Shown here: piece after piece, positions 10,220-19,583 of the stretch | Layout of the letters: every line of letters starts with the position of its first letter | How positions within the stretch are numbered: the stretch's first letter is position 1 | Origin: a virus | Reading direction: 5' to 3' (one strand) | DNA: 64,000 bases | Virus record (IMG/VR): IMGVR_UViG_3300049988_000034 | Span: 3,626 to 67,625 of that record | The notes under the pieces: generated by a model | Databases searched by the model: none | What the model saw: only the letters and a program-made list of their open reading frames with translations | Told to the model about the DNA's origin: nothing | Made by a program: the position numbers and the translations under genes

Positions 10220-12492
10220 CTTACGCTGCGCTCACCTACGGGTGCCTGTCGACGCCCCGGTTCCGCCCCACGGCCATCCGATACATCGCGCCAACGGCGA
10301 AGGGCTCGGGCAACGGATCAAGCTGGGAAAATGCCGGAACCCTGGCCAGCCTCAACACCTTCGCCGCAGCCCTTCCGCCCGGCGGCGAGATATGGCTTCG
10401 CGCCGACGCGGGAAACTACATCCAGGACACGACCCGCACCCTCACGAATGGCAATGTCGTGATCCGGGGCGTCGATGTCGCCGGCAACAACAAGATGGCC
10501 GTGCTTGTCGGCAGTCGCATGGTGGACACCGCGGGCACCCATAAGTGGGACGCCAAGGCCGACACCGCGGCCGGAGTTTACGGCAAAGAGGTGTTCCGCC
10601 TAAATGCCGGCTGCGACAACATGACGTTCATGTTTATCGAGTTTCGGAACCAAGGGCGCGGATGTATCCGTGCGCGACAAGCCATCTCGAACCTAATCGT
10701 TTCACACTGCGATGCCATCAACGTCGCTGCATTCATAACGAACGATGCGGCGAGCGGCGCGGGAGTTCCTACTGTCACGGGCCTTACCGTGGACAATATC
10801 AACGTAAAGGGATTTTCTAAGTTCGGCGTTAAGCTGGAAACTGGTGACAGCAATAATATCCTAATCGAGGATTTTTACATCGACGGCGAAAGGCAGGATA
10901 ACGACAATTTTGCCAGTGGCATCGTCTTTGATGGAACCGCGCACGACATCATCATACGCCGTGGCACCATACGCAATATCATCGACAGCAAGAACGTCTA
11001 TCAGAATGGCGACGGTATCGCTGGAGAGAAGCGCAATCATAGTATTCTAGTGCAGGATGTATTGCTGGAATATATCACCGATGGTGGTGTTGACTTTAAG
11101 GGTGATAACATCGTCCTAGAGCGGGTGACATCCAGATATTGCCATAGGAATTTCCGCCTATGGGGATATTGCATTATGAAAGATTGCGTCGGAATTGAGC
11201 CCGGCGACAATGCTGGATTTAACAAGTACGCCAAGGCCAACATATCGGTATTCGATTTTGGCATGGTCCGCATCATCGGCGGCAGGTTCGAACAAGACCT
11301 GACTACCAGCGCCGTTATTCGCGTTGAAAAGGGCGGCATGGCGTCGCTATCCCCATCCACGGTAATCGTGTCGAAGGGACCGACTTCGTATGTTGAGCCG
11401 GTGACGGGGAATAATCCTCCCGGCGCCTTTATCAACATGAACCCGAGCGACTTTTCGCCGCCCATCATCACGTCATCACTCGAACTTTCCCAAAACGAAA
11501 ACAAGTTCGGCATCCACTCCATAACAAGCAATAAACCTGCGCAGCTTAGGATCGTTGGCGGGCCGGCGGCTAAGTATTTTGCTACATACGGGACGCAGTT
11601 GCGACTTGCAGCTAGGGACTTTGAAAAACCCCCCATCGAGGCGCCGGATAATATTTACCGCGTTGATATTCAGATGATGGATGGAAACGGGAACCTTTCT
11701 GCAATTCGTCGCGTGAACCTGACTTTGGGCAATGTCGATGATGACCCGATAACGCCATCCGAACTCGTGACACAATACGGTGTAACGAAGGGGGCGTGGA
11801 GCCAAGTTTCACCGGCAACATGCTGGCAGGACATCGCAAGGACCATCCCGGCCGAGACTGACACAAAGGTCGCCTTGATTGACGACCAGTTCGGCTTCGG
11901 CACGTATGCCTACCAGGACGACCCCGACAAGCAGGCTTACATGCGCCAACTAGGCGGGGTGTATTTTCTGGAGATGAACGGGGAGGAGCGGTACGCGATC
12001 GGCGCACCGGGATATTTCAACTTCCCGCAGGCAACCGGCGTGTTCATGCTTCGCCGTGAAAGTGTAGAAACATCGCTACAAGTTGTATTTGCAAACCCTC
12101 GAAATATAGCGATCGACACAAGAACAAATTACGCATGGGGCTTCGGTGTTGATGGCGGTCAGAATTACTATGTATATGTAAGCGGTAGTTCATATACGCC
12201 TGGCAGTAGTTCCGGGCTTGCTGGTGGCGTTGACAAGGTGGCGAGCATGCAGACCGCGCCAACGACGGGGCGTGCAAATGGCATTCAAACGCTAAACGCA
12301 ACAGATCACCCTACCATAACATACGGCGCATCAATTCAGGCAATTCTAGGCGGTCATCACGACGGTACGAAAAACTTTGTAGGAAGGCTTTATGGGTGGG
12401 TTATTACCAACAACACCCTCGACGCCGATACTACGCTTTTCCGGGTTGAGCGACAGTTGGCAGATGGGGCTGGCCTCAACCTTGCGACCTGA
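10216..12492 (+). CDS. Tail spike / receptor-binding depolymerase (parallel beta-helix plus C-terminal lectin/LamG-like domain)
   Basis: GSGNGSSWENA start, Asn/Ile-rich beta-helix repeats (NGDGI, DGGVDFKG); visibly lower GC than flanks. Confidence 0.75.
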   Translation: MTYAALTYGCLSTPRFRPTAIRYIAPTAKGSGNGSSWENAGTLASLNTFAAALPPGGEIWLRADAGNYIQDTTRTLTNGNVVIRGVDVAGNNKMAVLVGSRMVDTAGTHKWDAKADTAAGVYGKEVFRLNAGCDNMTFMFIEFRNQGRGCIRARQAISNLIVSHCDAINVAAFITNDAASGAGVPTVTGLTVDNINVKGFSKFGVKLETGDSNNILIEDFYIDGERQDNDNFASGIVFDGTAHDIIIRRGTIRNIIDSKNVYQNGDGIAGEKRNHSILVQDVLLEYITDGGVDFKGDNIVLERVTSRYCHRNFRLWGYCIMKDCVGIEPGDNAGFNKYAKANISVFDFGMVRIIGGRFEQDLTTSAVIRVEKGGMASLSPSTVIVSKGPTSYVEPVTGNNPPGAFINMNPSDFSPPIITSSLELSQNENKFGIHSITSNKPAQLRIVGGPAAKYFATYGTQLRLAARDFEKPPIEAPDNIYRVDIQMMDGNGNLSAIRRVNLTLGNVDDDPITPSELVTQYGVTKGAWSQVSPATCWQDIARTIPAETDTKVALIDDQFGFGTYAYQDDPDKQAYMRQLGGVYFLEMNGEERYAIGAPGYFNFPQATGVFMLRRESVETSLQVVFANPRNIAIDTRTNYAWGFGVDGGQNYYVYVSGSSYTPGSSSGLAGGVDKVASMQTAPTTGRANGIQTLNATDHPTITYGASIQAILGGHHDGTKNFVGRLYGWVITNNTLDADTTLFRVERQLADGAGLNLAT

Positions 12493-12582
12493 TGACGCTG
12501 TTGCATAATTGTCCCGGATGCGTCATTAGGAACTCACCGTCGCGCGGGGGCGCGGGTGGCGATCATCCGGGGGGATTGAGCC

Positions 12583-13137
12583 GTGAGTAGCGCGAAGGCG
12601 AAAGTAATCGCGCTCCTGGGAGTTTCCGGTAGCGGCAAATCGATCGTCACCCGTCGTCTGTTGAACGACCATGGGTTCCAAAGGCTTCGTTTCACCGACC
12701 CCGTGCGCGACATGCTGCACGCGGGCTTCGGCTTGACCGAGGACGAGATTGCAGGCGAGCCGGGCAAGCGCCCGCAGGACCGTTTCGGCAACTTCAGCGC
12801 CATGCACCTGCACCGCTCGCTTTGCGAGGATTGGGCGCGCATGACAGTCCATTCCGACCTGTTGGTGAACGAGTGGGAGCGCCGCCTGGCGCCCCTCGAC
12901 GGCTTCGTGCTGGTGGACGACCTTCAGCGGCCGAACGAGGCCGCAGCGGTGCGCCGTGCCGGCGGCATCGTGATCCACGTCGACCGCCCGGGCTGGGCGC
13001 CGAAGGGCGGGAGCCGCAAGGGGATGTCGGCCACGGTCCATATCCCGCACGACCTTCAGCTTGTGAACCTCGGCACCGACGCGCTCGCGTCCGAGACTGA
13101 TCGCCTGGCACTCCAGCTTCGACAGGTGGTGGCCTGA
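12583..13137 (+). CDS. Deoxynucleoside monophosphate kinase
   Basis: Walker A GVSGSGKS, F.DPVRDML, DD..R.NEA..VRRAGG.VIHVDR. Confidence 0.8.
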   Translation: MSSAKAKVIALLGVSGSGKSIVTRRLLNDHGFQRLRFTDPVRDMLHAGFGLTEDEIAGEPGKRPQDRFGNFSAMHLHRSLCEDWARMTVHSDLLVNEWERRLAPLDGFVLVDDLQRPNEAAAVRRAGGIVIHVDRPGWAPKGGSRKGMSATVHIPHDLQLVNLGTDALASETDRLALQLRQVVA

Positions 13138-13334
13138 TGGACGAAATTCTCAAATCCCTGGCAGCAGGTGGCCCCGGCTACTGCATGGCAGCGTATCTCC
13201 TTTGGAGCGGTCGCGTCGAGCGGGAGGCATGGCTTGCCAACTCCCTGAAGACCGCCACGGTTCTTGCTAGTATTCGCGCTTTGTTCGCGGCGCGCTATGG
13301 CGTACCCGACCCAGGCGCGGAGGAAGAAAAGTGA
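13137..13334 (+). CDS. Small membrane protein, possible holin component
   Basis: Hydrophobic N-terminus; start of the lysis cassette. Confidence 0.4.
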   Translation: MDEILKSLAAGGPGYCMAAYLLWSGRVEREAWLANSLKTATVLASIRALFAARYGVPDPGAEEEK

Positions 13335-13486
13335 AAGTGACCGACGCTATCAGCATCGGAATGAAGGCGCTGGTGGACCTGATCCGTCCAACGCCTCCAC
13401 AAGCTATCTCCGAAGCCAGCCGGGAGGCAGATCATACTATCGAGATGATGCGGCGTATCACTGAAGGAATGAAGACCCATGTTTGA
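13331..13486 (+). CDS. Small hypothetical protein (MKVTDAISIGMKALVDLIRP...)
   Basis: GTGA overlap with the upstream gene; 51 codons, not in the ORF track. Confidence 0.45.
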   Translation: MKVTDAISIGMKALVDLIRPTPPQAISEASREADHTIEMMRRITEGMKTHV

Positions 13487-13886
13487 CCTCGCTGGGATGC
13501 CGCAAGGGTTCTTCGTGCAACTCTTGATCCTGTGGACCGCGGCCTGGACGCTGTTCACCATGAAGACCGTCGTGATCGATGCCGGCCGCCACGCCGTGAA
13601 GTCGAAGGGGCCGACGGCATACGCCATGGGCGCCTTCAGCCTCGCGCTCGTATGGGTTGGCGCGGTCATCATCACCAGCGCCCGGCTCGACTATATGTAC
13701 CGCGGCGTGCCCGTCGTGACGGTCAATTCGGTGCTCGGGAACATCGCCTTCGTGTGCTTTATCGTGTCGGGGTGGCTCGCATGCCGCGTCGGTCTGCCGG
13801 GCGTCCTGTGGCACCGCCAGCCGTGGGCCTGGCGCATCTACAACATCGGCGCCGTGTCGTTCCTCCTGATCGAAGCCCTCAACTGA
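13479..13886 (+). CDS. Multi-TM membrane protein, possible holin
   Basis: About 4 hydrophobic segments; upstream of the endolysin. Confidence 0.5.
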   Translation: MFDLAGMPQGFFVQLLILWTAAWTLFTMKTVVIDAGRHAVKSKGPTAYAMGAFSLALVWVGAVIITSARLDYMYRGVPVVTVNSVLGNIAFVCFIVSGWLACRVGLPGVLWHRQPWAWRIYNIGAVSFLLIEALN

Positions 13887-14077
13887 TGGCATCGGTGGTC
13901 GAGCAGCGCTTGAAGGCGATTTACGGGGCAGTGGTAAGCGAAGCTGTCCCGGAGGATATGCTGTCGCTACTTAGCGCGCTCGACACGCCTGGAGCGGATG
14001 CGGGGGCATCCGGGGCGTGTCCCATGGGGGATACGGAAAATGGACGTACGGACATTCATTGCGGGGTTCATCGATAA
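13886..14077 (+). CDS. NepR-like anti-sigma factor peptide
   Basis: TGATG-coupled start; VEQRLKAIYGAVVSEAVPEDMLSLLSALD fits the NepR core L+..Y...V.E.VP..h..LL..L. Confidence 0.65.
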   Translation: MASVVEQRLKAIYGAVVSEAVPEDMLSLLSALDTPGADAGASGACPMGDTENGRTDIHCGVHR

Positions 14078-14660
14078 CCACGAGGGCGGCCTTTCGCTGG
14101 ACGCGAAGGACGCTGGAAACTGGTTCGATGCCGGCCGCTGGGCGCGCGGGGAGCGCATGGTGCGCGGCGCGGGTGCGCTGGTGGGATCGAAGTTCGGGAT
14201 CACCGGCGGAGCGCTCGCCACCTACCTGAAGACGCCGGCCGCAGTCACCGCGACGCGCATCGCCGCCATCACGCGGATCGAGGCGATCGATATTGGCGTC
14301 GAACTCTACTATCGCCGGCCGGGCCTTTCGAAGCTACCCTGGAACCGCGTCACCGCGGCGGTGCTCGACATGGGGTTCAACGCCGGCAGCGGGACGGCCA
14401 ACAAGCTACTCCAGCGCGCGATCGGCGCCGTGGACGACGGCAGGATCGGCCCCGTGACTGTGGCGGTGTTCCGTGACCAGGTGGACCGCTTCGGGGAGGA
14501 GAAGGTCATGTCCGCGTTCACCCTTCAGCGCGAGCGCTACTATTCGGAGATCGCGTCCAACGAAGGGCCGAACGATCCCGACAAGAGGTTCCTGAAGGGG
14601 TGGCTCAACCGCGCTCGCTCCTTCCTGAAGGGCACTGCGTGGTGGGGGAAGTGGAAGTGA
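14040..14660 (+). CDS. Endolysin, glycoside hydrolase family 108 with C-terminal peptidoglycan-binding domain
   Basis: HEGG catalytic motif, KFGIT, D.GFNAG, LQRAIG..DDG.IGP.T, FLKGWLNR. Confidence 0.9.
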   Translation: MDVRTFIAGFIDNHEGGLSLDAKDAGNWFDAGRWARGERMVRGAGALVGSKFGITGGALATYLKTPAAVTATRIAAITRIEAIDIGVELYYRRPGLSKLPWNRVTAAVLDMGFNAGSGTANKLLQRAIGAVDDGRIGPVTVAVFRDQVDRFGEEKVMSAFTLQRERYYSEIASNEGPNDPDKRFLKGWLNRARSFLKGTAWWGKWK

Positions 14661-14983
14661 AGCGGATCGTTCTATTGCTGGCGTGTGCCAGCCTATCGCT
14701 GGCGGCATGCACGGGGGGCGCCGTGATGACACCCTCCAATGTCGCTGTGGTGTCGACGAGGCTCGATATGGTGCAGGAGGCATACGACGGCACCAAGGCG
14801 TTCGTTGCGCTGTTCCTGCCCTATCTGCCGGCCGCGCAGGCGGCGCGCATTCGACTGGCGGGAGCGCTGGTGGATAAGGCGTTGCTCGCGGCGCACGTCG
14901 CGACCGATATGGCGGAGCGGAAGGTGGCAATCAGCGAGGCCGAGGCCGCGATTGCGCAGTTCAAGCTGGTGTCGGGAAGCTAG
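14657..14983 (+). CDS. Lipoprotein, possible spanin
   Basis: Signal peptide with lipobox LAAC; immediately after the endolysin. Confidence 0.6.
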   Translation: MKRIVLLLACASLSLAACTGGAVMTPSNVAVVSTRLDMVQEAYDGTKAFVALFLPYLPAAQAARIRLAGALVDKALLAAHVATDMAERKVAISEAEAAIAQFKLVSGS

Positions 14984-14989
14984 ACGAAC

Positions 14990-15170
14990 GAAAGGCTCGA
15001 TACAGAGGCGGGGGGGGTGCCTTGTGTATCGAGCCTTTCACGGGGCTGGAGGCGAAGCGGGGGGGTGCTTCGCATCCGTCTTCCGATCGACCGCGGGTGA
15101 AACCCTATGCGGTGGTCCGGCTTCGCATATTGGCCGATCGTTCAATGGTAAAACCACGATCGACCAACAT
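14990..15170. other. Cluster of four hairpins between convergent operons (bidirectional terminator and/or sRNA)
   Basis: 15-bp perfect stem 14990-15004/15025-15039; second stem 15052-58/15067-73; both loops are G7-8T; two further stems downstream. Confidence 0.6.
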
Positions 15171-15188
15171 GGTTCCCCGATCCCTGAA

Positions 15189-15800
15189 TTATTTTTCCTG
15201 GACGTGAAGTTTTCCATCCGCGCCGACCACCTTGCGCAGGCCGCCGCCGATCACGACGGTGCCCGGGGTACGATCGCCGGGTTCCCAGCGCGGCGGATGT
15301 CGTTGCGCCTCCACGCACTGCCGCGCCCCAATCTCGTTACCTTCGGCCTTGAAGCGCAGATAGGCGCCATACATCCGCTCCAGGACAAACCCGTCGTCGG
15401 TATGGAAGCCCCAATCGCGCGTCTTCGGCCCGGTGGCGAACAGCGTAACGGTGCCGGGCTCGACCGACACGATAGCGTGCCGATCCGTCGCGGACTTGAA
15501 GGCGTAATCGCCGGCATTGCGGACCACCTCGCCTTCAGGCGACCATTCGGTGTAAGAGCCCTTCAGGACCAGCGTTGCCCATGCCCAAGGGTGATCGTGC
15601 AAATCCTCCCGATCCGACCGCAGGAACTGGTGCAGATACAGGTTCTCGATCGGCCCGGTTTCCTGTTTGCGCATGAGATACCAGCGCTCCATGTACGGCA
15701 CGTCTTCGGTGCCGCGACCGATGACCTGATCCGGGGCGCGGCTTGCCATTATGGTTGAGGCAACGCCCCGCATGAAGGGCAGGATCGCAGCAGTAAACAT
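15189..15800 (-). CDS. Cupin-fold hypothetical protein
   Basis: YLHQFLRSD..LHDHPW...L.GSY.E...H.I cupin-like His motif. Confidence 0.65.
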   Translation of the reverse strand: MFTAAILPFMRGVASTIMASRAPDQVIGRGTEDVPYMERWYLMRKQETGPIENLYLHQFLRSDREDLHDHPWAWATLVLKGSYTEWSPEGEVVRNAGDYAFKSATDRHAIVSVEPGTVTLFATGPKTRDWGFHTDDGFVLERMYGAYLRFKAEGNEIGARQCVEAQRHPPRWEPGDRTPGTVVIGGGLRKVVGADGKLHVQEK

Positions 15801-15856
15801 CAAATTGAACTCCGTTGCTTGGCAAGAGCACGCATAACGTGACTACTGAAGCAATG

Positions 15857-16246
15857 TCAATGCCTGGGTTGATCTTTTCCTTCGTCGGCCACGCGCTGAA
15901 GGTGATCCTCGATCGCTTGGCGCCCCTCGATCGCCGCCTCCTCGATCACGGGCGCGAAGTGCGCGCGGAAGGTGGCTTTGACCGCATCGGCGTCGGGCAG
16001 CGGCGCTTCGCCATGCGCCGGGCGCCCGGCAAGGGAATTGGCGCAGCACGACATCACAAACTCCGCCATGAGGGTCATTACGGCAAGCCCCTCCTCGTCG
16101 GTCATTCGTCCGGCCTCGACCGAACTGCCGATAGTGCCGACCAGGTGGGTTGTCATGTCCATCGCCCCGGCCACTGCGCCCTTGGCGAAGCCGGACATTG
16201 CCGATCCATCGCGGAGTAGGGGGTATTTTTCGGCGTCACGCTGCAT
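15857..16246 (-). CDS. Hypothetical protein
   Basis: GGAG SD and GCCAAGCA leader before the ATG. Confidence 0.6.
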   Translation of the reverse strand: MQRDAEKYPLLRDGSAMSGFAKGAVAGAMDMTTHLVGTIGSSVEAGRMTDEEGLAVMTLMAEFVMSCCANSLAGRPAHGEAPLPDADAVKATFRAHFAPVIEEAAIEGRQAIEDHLQRVADEGKDQPRH

Positions 16247-16820
16247 TGTTCGTCTCCGTGCTTGGCATGGGTGGGTATGGCTCCGCCTTGGTCGCGTAGC
16301 CGAGATAGAGGGGGTGCTGGGGGTGTCCGGCCTTCGTGACCTTATAGGCCATCGGGGAGGCTCCAGCGGCGCGGATGATGTCGAGGACCGCGGCCCCGCG
16401 GCCGGGGTGGTACTTTTCGGCGTTGACGCCCCATCCGCAGGTGAAGATGCCGCCGCGCTCGACCGCCTCGCGCGCCGCCTTGTCGATATGAGTGTCGTTG
16501 TCGGCGCCGATCCGCTCCGCGTCCGTGAGGGGCGCCAGCCCCTTCGGTGAGGTGGACCGGAAGGCAAAGAGGTTCACGATGATGAAACTCCCCTGCCCGC
16601 CGTTGCGCGCCCGCTGCACCATGCGGTTCACGGTAGGATCGCCGCTCCACTCGTCGGCGGTCGACGGGTTCAAGGCGCACATCACCAGGGGAGGAAGGGT
16701 GGCGTCCCATTCCGCCTGCCACCAGTATCGATGCTTGCGGTTCGGCGAAAACACAGTCGCGACATTGGTGAACAAGTCGCGCCCGCCGTCCGGTATCTTG
16801 GTCATGTCAAACATCCCCAT
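16236..16820 (-). CDS. DUF1643 family protein
   Basis: LNPSTAD...DPT, VNLFAFRSTSP, GWG, GHPQHPLY motifs. Confidence 0.85.
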   Translation of the reverse strand: MGMFDMTKIPDGGRDLFTNVATVFSPNRKHRYWWQAEWDATLPPLVMCALNPSTADEWSGDPTVNRMVQRARNGGQGSFIIVNLFAFRSTSPKGLAPLTDAERIGADNDTHIDKAAREAVERGGIFTCGWGVNAEKYHPGRGAAVLDIIRAAGASPMAYKVTKAGHPQHPLYLGYATKAEPYPPMPSTETNNAA

Positions 16821-17260
16821 CTGCGAAGCACGGCCTCGCCTTCGTCTGCGCTGTAAATCACCTCGTACGGCACGTCGTTCATGGCGCACCACTTCTGGAA
16901 CATCACCTGATCCGGGTTCAACTTGCCGGCCGCAGCGGGCTTGCCCGTCCTGGACAAGCCCTTCGGCCGCTTGACCTCGATCCAGCCCGACCCGTCGCTC
17001 CAGGTGAACACGAGATCGCCGGAACCAGCCACCAGCCCGAGGGCGTTGGCGAGCGCGTAGCGGGCCTGTGACAGCCGCCCCTTGCCGCCCCCGACCTCGT
17101 GGGGGATATGCGTCCAGCACGCCCGCAGGCGCCCTTCCATCGACCATGCGCGGCATCTGTCCGCGAAGGTGATGTTGACGACATCCTCCGGCCCGACCTT
17201 CAGCCAACTCGACAGGACGGTCCGATCGAGCAGCTTGTAAAGCCACAAGGGGGTGTTCAC
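16802..17260 (-). CDS. VRR-NUC domain nuclease (resolvase-like)
   Basis: HIPHE, GLVAGSGDL, WIEVK, QVMFQ PD-(D/E)xK pattern. Confidence 0.8.
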   Translation of the reverse strand: MNTPLWLYKLLDRTVLSSWLKVGPEDVVNITFADRCRAWSMEGRLRACWTHIPHEVGGGKGRLSQARYALANALGLVAGSGDLVFTWSDGSGWIEVKRPKGLSRTGKPAAAGKLNPDQVMFQKWCAMNDVPYEVIYSADEGEAVLRRWGCLT

Positions 17261-17832
17261 TTCGCGCGCTCGTACGCGACGGTGCCCTTGCAGCGCAGGC
17301 ACGTCACGCCCCGCTTATTCTCCGCCGGCACCAGCGCCGCGCGCGCCGCGGCCGACCGCATCCGGCGGTGCGCCCCGCAGGCAACCTTGCCCTCGCCGGT
17401 GGACAGGTGAAACGACGTGGCCGATGCGTCCGGCGCCGCCTTCAGCGCCGGGGCTTCGGCGTGCGTAATCAGGGATCGCCAGATGGTGCGATAGCCGGCG
17501 TGCGCGGGGCGAACCTTGCTCCACGCCTTGCGGCCGGTATCCTCGATCGTGCCCGCTTTGACCGCCGCCCGGACGATGCCGCCCCATGCGCGCGGGTGGA
17601 TCGCTTCGGAGGTGACGAGGGGCGGCTTGGCGTGCTCGCGTGCCCAAACCCGCACCTCCTCCGTGGTGAACTCGCTATTGTCCCGCGCGTAATCCGTCAG
17701 ATAGGCACGGGCTCGATCCGGCCAGTGCTCCGATTGGAGGCTGGCATTGCGCACTGCCGTCGCGATCCCGGCCGCAGCCGCGGCGCGCGCGGACTGGTGG
17801 CCGGGGAACAATTCAGTCTGATCGTCCATCAT
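17257..17832 (-). CDS. Hypothetical protein (wHTH-like region plus C-terminal Cys pair)
   Basis: Coupled ORF; PRAWGG motif; C..C near the end. Confidence 0.6.
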   Translation of the reverse strand: MMDDQTELFPGHQSARAAAAAGIATAVRNASLQSEHWPDRARAYLTDYARDNSEFTTEEVRVWAREHAKPPLVTSEAIHPRAWGGIVRAAVKAGTIEDTGRKAWSKVRPAHAGYRTIWRSLITHAEAPALKAAPDASATSFHLSTGEGKVACGAHRRMRSAAARAALVPAENKRGVTCLRCKGTVAYERAK

Positions 17833-18118
17833 CGCCTCCCTTGAATGCTTCCGCCTCCATCGTGGCGAGCATGAGCGTGCGCGGCGCGACGCCCATCGCG
17901 ATCGCCGCCCGCGTGAGATCGTCGGCGCGCATGAGCCGGAAACCGGCTTCGTGGAACCGGATCACGTTCATGCGGCGCCCGATCGCATCGGACAGTTGCT
18001 GGAGCGTCACGCCGCGCTCCTCGCGGACACCTCGAAACAGGCGCCCGATCGCGCCAGACAGTTCGTCCTGGGGCTCAATCTTCGTACGATTGCCACCCCA
18101 CACCTTCGGCTCCTTCAC
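17813..18118 (-). CDS. XRE-family HTH regulator
   Basis: IG..FR.VREERGVTLQQLSDAIG.....IRFHEAG. Confidence 0.8.
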   Translation of the reverse strand: MKEPKVWGGNRTKIEPQDELSGAIGRLFRGVREERGVTLQQLSDAIGRRMNVIRFHEAGFRLMRADDLTRAAIAMGVAPRTLMLATMEAEAFKGGDDGRSD

Positions 18119-19338
18119 GCGGCGTCGCCCCCTTCAGCAGCCGCCGGAACGGTGACGCCCATATTCTGCACGAACTCGGTGGCGGCCTTTTTGTACGCCG
18201 CATTGGTCCCGTAAACGGCGCGCAGCAGGGGTGCATGCGCCTCGCAAAGCGCCTGCCGATCCTTCGGGCCGAGCGTCGGCATCACCTCGTTGATCCAGCG
18301 CCAGCCCTTCGACCACTTCTGCGTCTCGATCCACGCCTTCATGGCGTCGGCGGGCATTGGCAAAATCTCGCCGGTGTCGGCATCGGGACCGGGCAGTTCG
18401 ACCTTGCCGGCCTGTTGTTCGTCCTTGTCGAAGGCGTCGTTGGCGTTGTCTTGGGTATGGTCACGACCACTGGTGCTCGATTGGTCCGAAACATCGGACT
18501 TCGCAGCATTGTTCGTTGTCGCACCCGACGCCGCAGGGCCGTTTCCCCCCGCGCCTCGCGCCGCGGTCTTCGCCTGTTTCATCGGCGCCGCGCCGCCGGC
18601 AAAGGCGTCGAGATTGGAGTTCGCAGCCGCCGTCGGCTTGGTTGCAGGATCGGCGCGGTGCGTGCCGTCAGCGTCGCGCACCAAGTCGATCACCTTGCCC
18701 TCCATCTCCTCCGCAGTGTAATCGCCGAGTTCCGGGAACGCCTTACGCAGCGCCTGCGCTTCGACGGTCTTTGCCAACTGCCCACGGGCGCGCTTCGCCC
18801 ACATCGCGTTCGGCTCTTTGCTGTCGCGCGCCTTGGTCGCGTAGCATTCCATCCAGTATTCTTCGGCCCAAAACTCTACGATGTCGTCGCCAACGCGGAC
18901 CTTGGCAGCAACCCGTGCGAACTCGGGAACCTCGAAATCTTTGATGCCGATGGCGGGCTTAATGATCGGACCCCATTCAATCTGTGTGAGGCCAAGATAG
19001 CGCTGCGTCCGAGCCGCCTGGACACGGTAGTGATTGATGCCGGGCATGATGACATCGCGCATGCCGCCGGGGATCGTGCGCTTGGTGCCATCGGCGGCCT
19101 CGACGGTCTTGGCCGGAACGTACATCGGCACAATATGCACCGGGCGCAGCATCACGTTGAGGCCGGCGGCCTTGCAGTAATCCATCACCGCGATAATCAT
19201 AAGATCGGTGGCGCCGGGGTATAGCGACTGGCGCAGCGTCGCCAGCATATCCTCACGAGGAACAGTCATCCACCGCATCTCGTCGGACTGGACTACCAGC
19301 GACTGCGTGCGGCCGGCGGTTTCAATTACGTCGGACAT
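18115..19338 (-). CDS. bet: Single-strand annealing recombinase (Bet/RecT family)
   Basis: YCKAAGLN..LRPVHIVP, GIN.YR..A.RT, MWAKR.RGQLAK..EAQALRKAFPE...YTAEEM. Confidence 0.85.
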   Translation of the reverse strand: MSDVIETAGRTQSLVVQSDEMRWMTVPREDMLATLRQSLYPGATDLMIIAVMDYCKAAGLNVMLRPVHIVPMYVPAKTVEAADGTKRTIPGGMRDVIMPGINHYRVQAARTQRYLGLTQIEWGPIIKPAIGIKDFEVPEFARVAAKVRVGDDIVEFWAEEYWMECYATKARDSKEPNAMWAKRARGQLAKTVEAQALRKAFPELGDYTAEEMEGKVIDLVRDADGTHRADPATKPTAAANSNLDAFAGGAAPMKQAKTAARGAGGNGPAASGATTNNAAKSDVSDQSSTSGRDHTQDNANDAFDKDEQQAGKVELPGPDADTGEILPMPADAMKAWIETQKWSKGWRWINEVMPTLGPKDRQALCEAHAPLLRAVYGTNAAYKKAATEFVQNMGVTVPAAAEGGDAA

Positions 19339-19583
19339 TGGTTCTCCGTTTCGGGAAGTGGAAGGTAGCGCGTCGCGCACCATGGGCAGAAAGTGGGGGT
19401 GAATAACACTGGCCTGTCGGTCCGACTTTCCAGTTTGCCATTGTCGAGCCGATAGACTTCAAGAGCCGGCATCTCGACAATGGTTTGAGCGCCGTTGATC
19501 TTGGTGATGACGGGCGAGGTTTTAATCCTCCCGCCCGTCACCTTCAGAACTTCCCGCACCTGATCGATGCAGGAACACGTCAC
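19326..19583 (-). CDS. Small Cys-containing hypothetical protein
   Basis: CxC...FCPWC; GTGA overlap. Confidence 0.55.
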   Translation of the reverse strand: MTCSCIDQVREVLKVTGGRIKTSPVITKINGAQTIVEMPALEVYRLDNGKLESRTDRPVLFTPTFCPWCATRYLPLPETENQCPT

